A DNA stretch of 64,000 nucleotides from Candidatus Giovannonibacteria bacterium RIFCSPLOWO2_02_FULL_45_28 (lineage in GTDB: Bacteria > Patescibacteriota > Minisyncoccia > UBA11713 > 2-01-FULL-45-33). The position numbers and the translations under genes are program-made. The stretch is from NCBI GenBank assembly GCA_001780725.1, contig MFIM01000001.1, forward strand, positions 19,642-83,641, given 5' to 3'. Positions 8,719 to 18,746 of this stretch are shown one piece after another (positions within the stretch are counted from its first letter, which is position 1; each line of letters starts with the position of its first letter). The notes under the pieces were generated by a model. The model had not been told where the DNA came from and did no database searches. It was given only the letters and a program-made list of their open reading frames with translations.

Positions 8719-9834
8719 ATGCGCATCTTAGCCATTGAAACATCCTGCGATGAAACGGCGATTGCTATATTAGAAGTTAGAAGTGGAAAATTTGAAGTTA
8801 GAAGCAATGTTGTTTTGTCGCAGATAAAAACTCATAAGCCGTTTGGAGGAGTGGTGCCGAATTTGGCGATGAGGGAGCATCGGAAAAATCTGCCGATTAT
8901 TTTAAAACGGGTGCTGAAAGAAGCCAAGCTTCCACTTGGAAGCTTGGCTTCTAAGTTGGACGCAATCGCAGTAACATACGGCCCCGGGTTGGAGCCGGCG
9001 CTCTGGGAAGGAATTAATTTCGCGAAGGATTTGGCGAAAAAATGGCGGGTGCCGCTGGTTGGAGTAAATCACTTAGAAGGACATATTTACGCGAGTTGGC
9101 TCGGTGGCGAGCCGCCAAAATTCCCCATTCTCGCCCTCATCGTCTCCGGAGGGCACACAGAGCTTGTTTTAATGAAAAAACATCTTAACTACAAAATTTT
9201 GGGAGAAACGCGCGACGACGCCGCTGGTGAGGCGTTTGACAAAGTTGCGCGGATGCTCGGATTAGGTTACCCGGGCGGTCCTCAAATTGCGCGTCTCGCG
9301 CAATTTGCGCAGAAACGCGCAGAACAAACGCAGAAAGACGCCGAAAAATTTCTGCGCAATTCAGCATCAAGTCCGCGTGTGTCTGCGCGGGAGCTTCGGC
9401 TCCCGAGGCCAATGATCAATTCAAAAGATTTAAACTTTTCTTTTTCCGGCCTCAAAACCGCCGTTCTTTACTATCTTCGCGACCATCCTTACGTGAACAA
9501 GGCGGAGGTGGCTTATGAATTTCAACAAGCCACGGTTGATGTTTTAGTCAAAAAAACCGCCGATGCATTACGGCTCTATGGCGGCGGTCTCCGCCGTATG
9601 GCGATTAAATCTCTAGTAGTCGGCGGCGGCGTGGCAGCGAATCAAGCCTTACGCCGTACGTTGGACGCTTTAATCAAAAACTCATTCCCCAAAATCTCAC
9701 CTCACATCTCCCCTCTCTGGCTTACGGGCGACAACGCAGCGATGATTGCAGTCGCTGGGTATTTTAAAACAAGAGCTCGAAAATTCTCAAAACCCGAAAC
9801 CCTAAAAGCCAAAGGCAATTTGAAGTTGGGTTAA
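8719..9834 (+). CDS. tsaD: tRNA N6-adenosine threonylcarbamoyltransferase TsaD (Kae1/YgjD family)
   Basis: MRILAIETSCDETAIAILE..., GGVAANQALR; contains in-frame mini-repeat EVRSGKFEVRS. Confidence 0.9.
   Translation: MRILAIETSCDETAIAILEVRSGKFEVRSNVVLSQIKTHKPFGGVVPNLAMREHRKNLPIILKRVLKEAKLPLGSLASKLDAIAVTYGPGLEPALWEGINFAKDLAKKWRVPLVGVNHLEGHIYASWLGGEPPKFPILALIVSGGHTELVLMKKHLNYKILGETRDDAAGEAFDKVARMLGLGYPGGPQIARLAQFAQKRAEQTQKDAEKFLRNSASSPRVSARELRLPRPMINSKDLNFSFSGLKTAVLYYLRDHPYVNKAEVAYEFQQATVDVLVKKTADALRLYGGGLRRMAIKSLVVGGGVAANQALRRTLDALIKNSFPKISPHISPLWLTGDNAAMIAVAGYFKTRARKFSKPETLKAKGNLKLG
8772..8805. repeat. GAAGTTAGAAGT-type mini-repeat inserted in frame in tsaD
   Basis: tagaagttagaagtggaaaatttgaagttagaagc encodes LEVRSGKFEVRS; related copies in ileS (25911-25943), tpiA (63065-63108) and the DHH gene (59887-59925) in either orientation. 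Confidence 0.6.
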
Positions 9835-9854
9835 AAAAATGCGAAAATTGCCGT

Positions 9855-11963
9855 ATGCCGTCCGAATTTGACAAGCCATACGACCCGAAAGAACATGAGG
9901 ATAAAATTTATAAGCTCTGGGAAGAGAGCGGATTTTTTAATCCCGATAAGCTCCCTGGTGGGCGGGGTAAAACATTTTCTATAACATTAGCCCCTCCAAA
10001 TGTTACCGGATCGCTTCATGTGGGACACGCTCTTGAGCACGCAACATCTGATGTTTTGATAAGATTTAAAAGAATGCAGGGCTATAAAACTCTTTGGCTT
10101 CCGGGAACCGATCACGCGGGAATCGCGACTCAAAATGTTGTGGAAAAAGAGCTCAAAAAGCAAGGTATTTCTCGCCATGACTTGGGACGCGAAAAATTTT
10201 TGGAGAAAGTCTGGGAATGGAAAAAAAAATACGGAAATATAATTTTGGATCAGATGAAAAAAATCGGGGCTTCTTGTGATTGGACAAGGACGCGGTTTAC
10301 TATGGATCCAGAATATCAAGAAGCCGTAAAAGAAGCTTTTTTGCATTATTACAAAAAGGGCTGGATATACCAAGGCGAGCGCGTTGTTAATTGGTGCATA
10401 AAAGATCAAACATCTTTATCCGACTTGGAATTGGAATATCAAGAAGAAAAAGGCAAATTGTGGTTCATTAAATATCCGCTAAAAAATTCCAAGGAATTTA
10501 TCATCATCGCGACGACCCGCCCCGAAACAATGCTAGGAGACACGGCGGTCGCCGTAAACCCAAAAGACAAACGCTATAAAAATTTAGTCGGCAAAAAAGT
10601 TTTGCTGCCGATACAAAACCGCGAAATCCCGATAATTTCGGATCGGAGGATAGAAATGAACTTTGGAACCGGTGCCGTTAAAGTAACTCCCGCGCATGAT
10701 ATGCTAGACGAACAAATCGGCGCTGACAACAAACTTCCTGCTCTGCAAGTAATTAATGAGATTGGCAAGATGACTTCCGCGGCCGGCCAAAAATTTGAGG
10801 GAATGAAGATGCTTGAGGCCAGAGAAGCGGTATTGAAAGAACTCGAGTCGCAAAATTTAATAGAAAAAATAGATGACTATCCGCACAACATAGCCAAATG
10901 TTACCGTTGCGAAACACACATTGAGCCGCTTCGCTCAAAGCAGTGGTTTTTAAAAATGGAGGAACTCGCCAAACTGGCGATAAAAGCAGTCAAATCCGGA
11001 AAAATAAAATTTCATCCAAAGCGCTGGGAAAAAATTTATTTTGATTGGCTGAAAAATATTAAAGATTGGTGCGTATCACGCCAAATTTGGTGGGGGCACA
11101 AAATACCGTTGGACGGCGTGGACGATGTTTTAGACACATGGTTTTCTTCCGCGCTTTGGCCCTTTGTTACATTGGGTTGGCCCGCCTCCGCTAAAACTTT
11201 GGCGGGTAAATCTAAAAAAAACGATTTAGAAACATTTTATCCGACAGATATTCTTACAAACGACCGCGGAATAATTAATTTATGGGACGCCAGAATGATT
11301 TTTTCCGGCTTAGAATTTATAGGCGCTCCCCCTTTTAAAGATCTTTTGATACATGCGACCATTTTGACAAAAGACGGAAAGCGCATGTCAAAATCTCTCG
11401 GAACAGGCATTGACCCTGTGGATTTGATAACTAAATACGGCGCCGATGCCACGCGCTTCGGGTTAATTTGGCAAGCCATGGGCGGGCAAGACATTCATTG
11501 GTCGGAGGAGCATGTTGTTGCGGGGCGTAAATTTTGCAATAAGATATGGAATGCGGCTAGGTTTGTGTTGCAACAAACTCCGCCCGGGAAGAAGTCCGAC
11601 TTCGGGACCCCAAAGAAGTCGGACTTCGAGGAGGGTGGGAATTCAAAACTCGGTTTTGATTATGCAAGCTCCGCGGATAAAAAAATCCTTGCCCAACTCA
11701 AAAAAACCAAAAAAGACATCGGCCGCCTCATTGATAAATACGAATTCGGCCAGGCCTTGCATACACTTTACAATTTTGTCTGGCACGATTTTTGTGATAT
11801 TTATCTGGAAGAATCAAAGAAAAATTTAAATGCCGAGGTTTTAGCTTCTGTCCTCGCAGAATCGCTCAAAATGCTCCATCCTTTTATGCCTTTTATTAGC
11901 GAAACAATCTGGGGGCATATTAACAATAAAAATATTTTAATGATTGAATCATGGGCATCCTGA
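9855..11963 (+). CDS. valS: valyl-tRNA synthetase, short form lacking the C-terminal coiled-coil domain
   Basis: PPNVTGSLHVGHALEH (HIGH), WLPGTDHAGIATQ, KMSKSLGT; 702 aa; ends right after the HPFMPFISETIWG helix. Confidence 0.85.
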   Translation: MPSEFDKPYDPKEHEDKIYKLWEESGFFNPDKLPGGRGKTFSITLAPPNVTGSLHVGHALEHATSDVLIRFKRMQGYKTLWLPGTDHAGIATQNVVEKELKKQGISRHDLGREKFLEKVWEWKKKYGNIILDQMKKIGASCDWTRTRFTMDPEYQEAVKEAFLHYYKKGWIYQGERVVNWCIKDQTSLSDLELEYQEEKGKLWFIKYPLKNSKEFIIIATTRPETMLGDTAVAVNPKDKRYKNLVGKKVLLPIQNREIPIISDRRIEMNFGTGAVKVTPAHDMLDEQIGADNKLPALQVINEIGKMTSAAGQKFEGMKMLEAREAVLKELESQNLIEKIDDYPHNIAKCYRCETHIEPLRSKQWFLKMEELAKLAIKAVKSGKIKFHPKRWEKIYFDWLKNIKDWCVSRQIWWGHKIPLDGVDDVLDTWFSSALWPFVTLGWPASAKTLAGKSKKNDLETFYPTDILTNDRGIINLWDARMIFSGLEFIGAPPFKDLLIHATILTKDGKRMSKSLGTGIDPVDLITKYGADATRFGLIWQAMGGQDIHWSEEHVVAGRKFCNKIWNAARFVLQQTPPGKKSDFGTPKKSDFEEGGNSKLGFDYASSADKKILAQLKKTKKDIGRLIDKYEFGQALHTLYNFVWHDFCDIYLEESKKNLNAEVLASVLAESLKMLHPFMPFISETIWGHINNKNILMIESWAS
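11591..11629. repeat. two 13-bp palindromes GAAGTC(C/G)GACTTC inserted in frame in valS
   Basis: gaagtccgacttc ... gaagtcggacttc encode KKSDFGTPKKSDFEE; the same element pair occurs in ileS at 26287-26320. Confidence 0.7.
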
Positions 11964-12670
11964 CATATATTTTTGTTACAATGTTTCTTGCATTTCTGCC
12001 GCCAATTTTGTGGCTTTGGTTTTGGCTCCGGGAAGACGCGCATCCGGAACCAAGGCGCGAAATTCTTGCGGTTTTTCTGGCTGGTATGGGCGCAGTTATC
12101 TTAGCGGTTGTTTTGGAAAGCAACTTTTTTGCCGCAAACCGTTTTTTACGGGGCGTGTTCGGTTACGGCCCATTTTACCTGCAGCTGTTTAATATCGTAG
12201 GGTTCGCCTTTCTTGAAGAAATTGTTAAAACCTCCGCCGCCTTTTTTACGGCTCTCCGCAGCAAATACTTTGATGAGCCAGTTGACGCCATGATTTATCT
12301 AATAACAGCCGCTTTGGGATTTGCCGCGCTGGAGAACGCACTTTTTATTGGCGAAAGCCTGAAAGCCGGTTTGGCGCAGTCCATCGCGGTAAGCGCTTTT
12401 AGATTTGTTAACGCGGTTCTGTTGCACGTTTCCGCCGCCGCCATTATTGGGGCTGGGCTTGCTTTTTCATTTTTTCATAAGGAGCGGAGGCACAAAGAGC
12501 TGGTTTTGGGATTGTTTTTCGCGGTTTTATTGCACTCTCTTTATAACTTTTTTATAATAGAAAATATAGGCGGAGATGCGGCAAACCAAGTAGTAATAAC
12601 AATGCTTGTTGTAGCAGGAGCCGCCGTTGCGCTAGTTTTATTTGAGCGGGCAAAACGTGTTATAATTTGA
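11951..12670 (+). CDS. PrsW-family intramembrane protease-like membrane protein
   Basis: Multi-TM; FAFLEEIVK and ALENALF motifs resemble PrsW EExxK / FxxxE. Confidence 0.5.
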   Translation: MGILTYIFVTMFLAFLPPILWLWFWLREDAHPEPRREILAVFLAGMGAVILAVVLESNFFAANRFLRGVFGYGPFYLQLFNIVGFAFLEEIVKTSAAFFTALRSKYFDEPVDAMIYLITAALGFAALENALFIGESLKAGLAQSIAVSAFRFVNAVLLHVSAAAIIGAGLAFSFFHKERRHKELVLGLFFAVLLHSLYNFFIIENIGGDAANQVVITMLVVAGAAVALVLFERAKRVII

Positions 12671-12679
12671 TTAATAAGC

Positions 12680-13129
12680 ATGGCAGAACGCAGATCATTT
12701 TTTGAGAGGCTCACGGGGGGTGTTCATGTGGATAATTTAGATGAGCCGAGCGGCCAGGACGCCAAGAAGCCGACCAAGCACGACCTTCCTCAAGACGAGG
12801 AAGGGCAGCTTACGATTGATGTTTGGCAAACGCCGGATGAAATAGTCGTGCAGGCTATCGTGGGCGGGGTTAAACCGGAAGATTTGGATGTCTCTGTTAC
12901 CCACGATATGGTGACTCTTCGCGGCAAGCGCGAAAAACAAAGGGAAGTCTCCGGAAACGACTACTTTTATCAGGAACTTTACTGGGGGGCGTTTTCCCGC
13001 TCAATTCTGCTACCGCAGGAGGTTGACGCAGACGAGGCGCAGGCAACTATCAAAAACGGCCTTCTTACAATTCATCTTCCGAAACTAGACAAAGCCCGCG
13101 TTGCGAAACTCAAAGTGAAGAACGAGTAA
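12680..13129 (+). CDS. Hsp20 / alpha-crystallin family small heat-shock protein
   Basis: QLTIDVWQTPDEIVVQAIVGGVKPEDLDVSV...LTIHLPK. Confidence 0.85.
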   Translation: MAERRSFFERLTGGVHVDNLDEPSGQDAKKPTKHDLPQDEEGQLTIDVWQTPDEIVVQAIVGGVKPEDLDVSVTHDMVTLRGKREKQREVSGNDYFYQELYWGAFSRSILLPQEVDADEAQATIKNGLLTIHLPKLDKARVAKLKVKNE

Positions 13130-13336
13130 AAATATTATTTTCGCAGTATTCTTGAATTAGTCCGAACGCATTTCGCCCTGAGCTTGTCGAGGGGCGAGGA
13201 ATTCCCCGCGCGAATTCGGAGCGGCCTCGCCGCAAGATTTAACAATTTCCAATTTTTCTTTGCTTTGCTCGTCCGTAGCTTTATGCGAAGGGGGGCGGCA
13301 GATTCTTAAAAATCCAAACTTAAAACAAAATTCGCG

Positions 13337-13747
13337 TTACCGCCTAAGTTGATGCCAGAGATAGATAGAACATATGATAAAGAAAGTTGGGACTAAAAAA
13401 AGAAAGCCCCAAAAAACCGGAGATGCAAATACGCTTTCGATGAAAGATCTACACGGCCATATCGATGCCGGGTCACAAGGAGTAATGATCGCTTTAATAA
13501 TTTGATAAATAAAAACAGTTGTCGTAGGTATTATTCCAAAAGTATATAACCATACCCCAACTAATTTTAACCTCATTAATAGTATTGAACCTAAAATTAT
13601 CAACGGTAGCGACACCCAAACGATAAATGTATAGTAGTCTGGCGCATCATGCAAAAGTAAGTTAGCGGCAATTATTAATGCCGCTGATAACAAACTTGAA
13701 ATCCATAATACAATTTTTAATGCCTTAGATAAACTTTGCTTTTCCAT
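13337..13747 (-). CDS. hypothetical multi-TM membrane protein
   Basis: 136 aa, 4 hydrophobic segments. Confidence 0.3.
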   Translation of the reverse strand: MEKQSLSKALKIVLWISSLLSAALIIAANLLLHDAPDYYTFIVWVSLPLIILGSILLMRLKLVGVWLYTFGIIPTTTVFIYQIIKAIITPCDPASIWPCRSFIESVFASPVFWGFLFLVPTFFIICSIYLWHQLRR

Positions 13748-13815
13748 ATGATTAAATTTTTTTCTTTCCGTTAAAATATGGTTCCCTCCAGAGGCGGGCA
13801 GGCGAGCCGATGTTT

Positions 13816-14127
13816 TTATTTGCCGCTTTTGATGCCGACTTTTTTCTCAAGAAGCAATATGCGCGCCAGCGCGTCTTCAAATTCGTCGCGATAAACAAAA
13901 TGCCTGCGGATTTCAGCTATGTCTTGTTCAATAACGCCGAGCCGTGCGTTCACATGGCTGGTTTCTGCTTCTAACCCGCTAAGCCGTTTATCAACAATCC
14001 CCAATCGCTTATCAACCTCTTCAAATTGTTTATCCACATTAACCTTTTTTGTCATCTTAGCCATCACATCATCAAAGCCGCGTTTTACCATTCTGGCCAA
14101 AACTTCATTCGTCGTATTTTTAGGCAT
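13816..14127 (-). CDS. hypothetical coiled-coil protein
   Basis: 103 aa, heptad-like VDKRLGIVDKRLSGLEAE. Confidence 0.3.
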   Translation of the reverse strand: MPKNTTNEVLARMVKRGFDDVMAKMTKKVNVDKQFEEVDKRLGIVDKRLSGLEAETSHVNARLGVIEQDIAEIRRHFVYRDEFEDALARILLLEKKVGIKSGK

Positions 14128-14220
14128 GTCTTAAGCTTATATTGTTAAATATTAATTGGTCAAGTTGCGATCTTTTTTAGTTTAATAAAACAGACTGACG
14201 TTTTTATAATATCATCTTTT

Positions 14221-14292
14221 CGCCCTCGGAGGGAATCGAACCCCCATATGCGCCTTAGAAGAGCGCCGTTCTATCCATTGAACTACGAGGGC
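14221..14292 (-). tRNA. tRNA-Arg (anticodon UCU), CCA not encoded
   Basis: Reverse complement GCCCTCGTAGTTCAATGGATAGAACGGCGCTCTTCTAAGGCGCATATGGGGGTTCGATTCCCTCCGAGGGCG; anticodon loop CTTCTAA. Confidence 0.85.
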
Positions 14293-14434
14293 CAGTTATA
14301 CAATCACTCTAATATATCTTTTTTTTAGCACATTTTCAATGGTATTGAGCGAAGGCAAAGAGGCGAAATCATCTGATGCCGAAAGGCTATCCGAGCCCCG
14401 AAACCAAGTTTTGGGGCTCGTTTTTTTACGAGAT

Positions 14435-14731
14435 TTATTTAAATGGGTCGCGAGTAAAAATGAAGGCCGGATTTTCCAAAAAGGCTTTTTCGGCACGGAC
14501 CTGCTCGCCGATCTTTTTTAGGTTGTTTTTTTTGAGCGAAACCGCTTTATTCTCCGCCGCGTTTGCGGATCTTTTATCCAAGACAAAATTTTTGTAGAGC
14601 CACAAATCGCCCAAAAGTAAAAGTGAAATTAAAATGGCGGAAAAAACCAGCTCCGCTGTCCATACAATTTCAATAGTCAGCGATTTATTGAATTTTAATT
14701 TGGCTAAAAATTTTCTGACAGCGTTCATCAT
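14435..14731 (-). CDS. small membrane protein in pilus operon (PilP-like or hypothetical)
   Basis: 98 aa with TM helix; last gene of pilMNO cluster. Confidence 0.3.
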   Translation of the reverse strand: MMNAVRKFLAKLKFNKSLTIEIVWTAELVFSAILISLLLLGDLWLYKNFVLDKRSANAAENKAVSLKKNNLKKIGEQVRAEKAFLENPAFIFTRDPFK

Positions 14732-15234
14732 AAGTCAAAATTAAAAATAAGATAATTTATTCTTGTTGTCTTCGGCGCAACATTGACGCTTTCGGCAATG
14801 CCCGAATAGGGTATTTTATCCAGCAAAGCAATGAAATTGACTACGGAACCGAAATCTCCCGAAAGCTCAAACGACAGCGCCGCTTCCTCGCCTTTGGCGG
14901 CGGGGATTTTTGCTGATTTGGCGCTAAACCCAACGCCGGATTTTTTTGACATTCCCTCAAGCAACTTTAAGAAATCCACAAATTTGCTCTCATTTAAAAA
15001 GGCGCTTTCCAAAAGGTTAATTTCTTTTTCATAATCTTTGACGCCTGATTCCGCCACAGAGAATTCGCGCTCGCTTTTTTCTAAAAACGCCATTTTTGCT
15101 TCAGCTTCGGCGACAACGGCGCTAACCTCGCTGATTTTTTGATACAGCATCCAAATCAAAACCCCAAGCGCCGCCAGCGACAAAACAGCAAAACTTAACA
15201 CAAAAATCGGCTTTTTATTACTTAGCGGGCTCAT
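14728..15234 (-). CDS. pilO: type IV pilus assembly protein PilO-like
   Basis: N-terminal TM plus coiled coil, operon position after PilN. Confidence 0.5.
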   Translation of the reverse strand: MSPLSNKKPIFVLSFAVLSLAALGVLIWMLYQKISEVSAVVAEAEAKMAFLEKSEREFSVAESGVKDYEKEINLLESAFLNESKFVDFLKLLEGMSKKSGVGFSAKSAKIPAAKGEEAALSFELSGDFGSVVNFIALLDKIPYSGIAESVNVAPKTTRINYLIFNFDL

Positions 15235-15784
15235 ATTTATAGGCTTCTGGCTTAATTTTAATATTTAAAGTGAAGAGTGTTTTTGTTTCTTTGAGAAGGT
15301 TAGCGACCGGCGAATCAACTGATGCAAATTCGCTGACACTTTCTAATTTGTCTATGTATTTCAAAAGCTCATCGCGCCTTTCCGCTTCTCCCTGAACAGA
15401 CATGGTATAGAAGCCGTTTGCATCTTTACTAACATTGATGGACACCAGCCGAACAGCATCGGGAGCATTTTCCGCGAGTTTTCTAAAAAGAGGAGCAAGC
15501 TCGCCTCTCCTGGACTCGTTTTTTTCAAAAACAGAAACCCTTGCGTTGATCCCGCCGATTTTTTCTTCCAGATTTTTAAATTCTTTTCTTGCAAACACCT
15601 CCTCCGCAGCTTGAAGGCGCCTTAGTACGTCATCTTTGGAAAATACAAGAATAAAATAAGACGGCAGCATAAACACCAAACCGACCATTAGCGCAACAGC
15701 CAGATTTACGGCAAAACCTATCAAAATTCTTAGAATTTTTTCGCGGCGGAACTCTTTTTTATAATTTTTTGCGACAAAGCTCAT
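15218..15784 (-). CDS. pilN: type IV pilus assembly protein PilN-like
   Basis: Short cytoplasmic N-terminus, TM helix, periplasmic coiled coil; follows PilM. Confidence 0.55.
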   Translation of the reverse strand: MSFVAKNYKKEFRREKILRILIGFAVNLAVALMVGLVFMLPSYFILVFSKDDVLRRLQAAEEVFARKEFKNLEEKIGGINARVSVFEKNESRRGELAPLFRKLAENAPDAVRLVSINVSKDANGFYTMSVQGEAERRDELLKYIDKLESVSEFASVDSPVANLLKETKTLFTLNIKIKPEAYKYEPAK

Positions 15785-16866
15785 ATATTTTTTTCCTTAT
15801 CCAAAGCAGCCAGCGATAATCCAATAGAAGCAACGAAACGAATGGCGTCTTGCCGCTCAAGGTCCGGCAAGTAGTTTTTTGGGAATGAAACATTCGCCCA
15901 CGGATCGGCAAGCTGTACCGGGATGTTTAATTCTTGCTGCAGATAAGCCGCCAGCCCCAACAAATTAGCGTCCCCGCCGGAAAGGAAAAGTTTTGCTGGC
16001 GCCTCTTTGCTTTCCGAATGGGTTTGCCAATACTTTATGTATTTTCCCACCTCTTCTCTTATGGCCGTTATCACTGGCACAATGGCCTGAAAGACGGGCA
16101 GCGAATCCTGGTTTTGCCCGCCTTGACTCGGCGAGGCAGGTAAAAACCCGCTTTTTAGTTTCAATTCACGCGCCTTTTTAAGATCAACATTTAAAGTTTT
16201 GGAGATTGCTTCGTCAAGCGTTTCGCCACCGATGGGCGCCGTTGAAGCAAATCTTAAAACGCCGTTTTCTATGATAGAAAAACTGATGCGGGTTTTGCCC
16301 CAGTCCATTACAATAGTCGTCGCAGCAAAATTTTTAGGTATCAGCGATCTGACCGCGGCTACCAGCTCCGATTCAACGAGTACCGGCAGCGCCCCGGCTG
16401 AATAAAAAACCTCCGAATAAGAATCTACCAGCATTTTGGGAAATGCGCTGATTACCGTATCAAAGTGGTTTTTTTCTTTGCGCGCCAACGTATAGTCAAA
16501 AACAACTTCGCTTGGCGGGAGAGGAATATGTTCTTCCAATTGCAGCTCCAGCGCTTGGCGTATTTCCGTTTCCGCTTTTATGCCGGTCAGCTGGACATTT
16601 TCCAAAAATCCTTTTTCTTCCGGTAGGGAAACAGCTACGAACTTTATGTTTTTTTTAGCGAAAAGCTCCTTCAAAAGCGCCGCAAGCACTTCTTTTTTTT
16701 TGATTTCCCCGCGCTCAATGACGCCCGTGGCGATTTCTCCTTCCCCGAAGTCGTCTACCACAACGCCACTCCTTACCTCTTTCAAGCGCAAATATTTGTA
16801 AGATTTATCAGAAAGTTCAAAAGCGTAAATCGGGAGCCGCAGAAAACTTGGTATTGGTATAAGCAT
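15781..16866 (-). CDS. pilM: type IV pilus assembly ATPase-fold protein PilM
   Basis: Actin-like fold; 361 aa; operon context. Confidence 0.8.
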   Translation of the reverse strand: MLIPIPSFLRLPIYAFELSDKSYKYLRLKEVRSGVVVDDFGEGEIATGVIERGEIKKKEVLAALLKELFAKKNIKFVAVSLPEEKGFLENVQLTGIKAETEIRQALELQLEEHIPLPPSEVVFDYTLARKEKNHFDTVISAFPKMLVDSYSEVFYSAGALPVLVESELVAAVRSLIPKNFAATTIVMDWGKTRISFSIIENGVLRFASTAPIGGETLDEAISKTLNVDLKKARELKLKSGFLPASPSQGGQNQDSLPVFQAIVPVITAIREEVGKYIKYWQTHSESKEAPAKLFLSGGDANLLGLAAYLQQELNIPVQLADPWANVSFPKNYLPDLERQDAIRFVASIGLSLAALDKEKNI

Positions 16867-16873
16867 ATCTTAA

Positions 16874-18745
16874 TTATGGCACGACTTCTCCCCACCCCTC
16901 AATATTCCACCCGCCCGACGGACCGGAAGAAAAGTTGGCGTTGGCAAGGCCCTGATCATAAGTGATGGTGGCGCCGTTGTCCAGCGATAATTTGTAAGCC
17001 GTAAGCTCTGTTACCCCGACGCCGTTATGCAAATTTGCCATAGAATCGCCCGCGTAAAATATCGCGCCAGCGGCATTGTTGTGAAGATCTATGGCGGCAT
17101 TGTGGTGCGTGCACGGCGAGGTTTGCTCTCCGCCGTTGCACCCCGCGAGAGTAGTAAGCATTAAAATATAACTTCCCGCCGTCCCGGATCCTTGAAAAAT
17201 GGCATTATTGCTTATATGCATCCAGCCGTCAAAAATTACGACACAGCTATTGGTGCCGAAAGACGGGTCACATTTTATTGTCGCGCCGCTGGAGCTGTTC
17301 ATATCCAAGTTGCCGGTAAAATAGAGCGTGCCAGTTACAGTCAAAGTCTGTTTTTTAGTCAAAGTAAGATTGCCGTTGATTTTTTTAGGGCCCAAAGTGA
17401 GCGTGCCGTTGTCTAGAATAGCGCATCCAAGAACGCCGTTGTCCCCGCAATCGCCGGTAATTTCTCCTCCTAAACCTGCGTCATTTTTCCAGCTTTGTAT
17501 ATTGGAATCTGAAATCGGCATGTTTTGCGGTGGCGGATCAGACGAGCCGGGGAAAGCAGTTCCCGGCGTCAAAGGATCGGGGCAAGTTGGGTTTGACGGG
17601 TTATTTAAAAAAGCAAGCGAGCTTGAATCAATCGTCTGGTAATACGCGTCTCCGCATATTTTGCTGTTTGTAATTGTGTTTGCTTTGGCGGTGCCGTAAA
17701 CCACAATGCCGTCTATTGAACTCGCGCCAGTTCCAAGATAAGTTTTAAAATTTAAGTCTCCGGAAACATCGGTCCACGGATCATCATCCCAATCTTTGCT
17801 GTATTTCGGCGAACCGCTGCCGTAGCCGGCCCCGCTATCTTTGCACCAAACGTAATATTTATTCGCGTCTCTACCGGTATCTAAAACAATCCAGTATGTT
17901 AGGCCGCTTGTTAAATTCGCCGGCGATGAAAAAGTTGCTTCAACCCAGCCATACGAAACCCCAACAAGACCGGAGGATAGCGCGGCACTTGCTAAAGCCG
18001 ACTGCGCCGGCGATCCGCTACTATCGGAAGTTATGCGGATTGTCGCATCTCCGGGACTGCCGACCTTTTTTATATACAAACCCACCTTAGCCAAAGGCTT
18101 GCTCTCCGATGGAGTAAAACTTTGTGCAAAATCAATCTGCGGATTGGCTTGTCCTGCAATTTGGTCTTGATTGCAAACAACAGAGCGCGCGGCCGCATCT
18201 TCCGTAATACTCGTAGAGACAATAAAATCTCCAGTAACGGTTGACCCGCTTTGTCCAGTTGCCGAGCCGTTGGAATAAACGTTTCCTGGCACTCCGCCCC
18301 CGCCCTCTACCCGGCTGTTTTGGTCCATAACAATACCGCCCTCACCGACTTGGGCGCCGTAATGAAATTCAACGCCTGTTAGATTTGAAAACGACGCACT
18401 TAATGCGCGGTTTATGCCCAAATAATCTCCCGCTGATTTTATTTTTTTTGTTGAGCCGCTTGTGGTGACGGCCACATTCGCGGTCGCGCCATTTAGTAAA
18501 ATAACAAACGAAGAAGTTAAATTTTTACCTCGCTTTAATCGGTAAGTCGCGTCGTCTATGCCAGCTTCCGCCGCAAAAAAAGAATAGCGCGACCGGGTGT
18601 TTTCCGTAGCAACTTTAGCTTCTTTGAGCGCCACCGACGAGGCTCCGAAAACCGCCGAGAGCATAATAAAAAGCATCAAAATTACTGCAATCAAAGCCGC
18701 CTGTCCGCGTTTTTGAAAATTAAAGGTTGGAAATTGGAAATTCAT
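16874..18745 (-). CDS. large pilus-associated protein with N-terminal TM/pilin-like segment (PilX/PilY-like minor pilin or tip protein)
   Basis: 623 aa; N-terminus QKRGQAALIAVILMLFIMLSAVFGASS; Gly/Ser/Thr-rich beta-rich body. Confidence 0.4.
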   Translation of the reverse strand: MNFQFPTFNFQKRGQAALIAVILMLFIMLSAVFGASSVALKEAKVATENTRSRYSFFAAEAGIDDATYRLKRGKNLTSSFVILLNGATANVAVTTSGSTKKIKSAGDYLGINRALSASFSNLTGVEFHYGAQVGEGGIVMDQNSRVEGGGGVPGNVYSNGSATGQSGSTVTGDFIVSTSITEDAAARSVVCNQDQIAGQANPQIDFAQSFTPSESKPLAKVGLYIKKVGSPGDATIRITSDSSGSPAQSALASAALSSGLVGVSYGWVEATFSSPANLTSGLTYWIVLDTGRDANKYYVWCKDSGAGYGSGSPKYSKDWDDDPWTDVSGDLNFKTYLGTGASSIDGIVVYGTAKANTITNSKICGDAYYQTIDSSSLAFLNNPSNPTCPDPLTPGTAFPGSSDPPPQNMPISDSNIQSWKNDAGLGGEITGDCGDNGVLGCAILDNGTLTLGPKKINGNLTLTKKQTLTVTGTLYFTGNLDMNSSSGATIKCDPSFGTNSCVVIFDGWMHISNNAIFQGSGTAGSYILMLTTLAGCNGGEQTSPCTHHNAAIDLHNNAAGAIFYAGDSMANLHNGVGVTELTAYKLSLDNGATITYDQGLANANFSSGPSGGWNIEGWGEVVP

Positions 18746-18746
18746 A

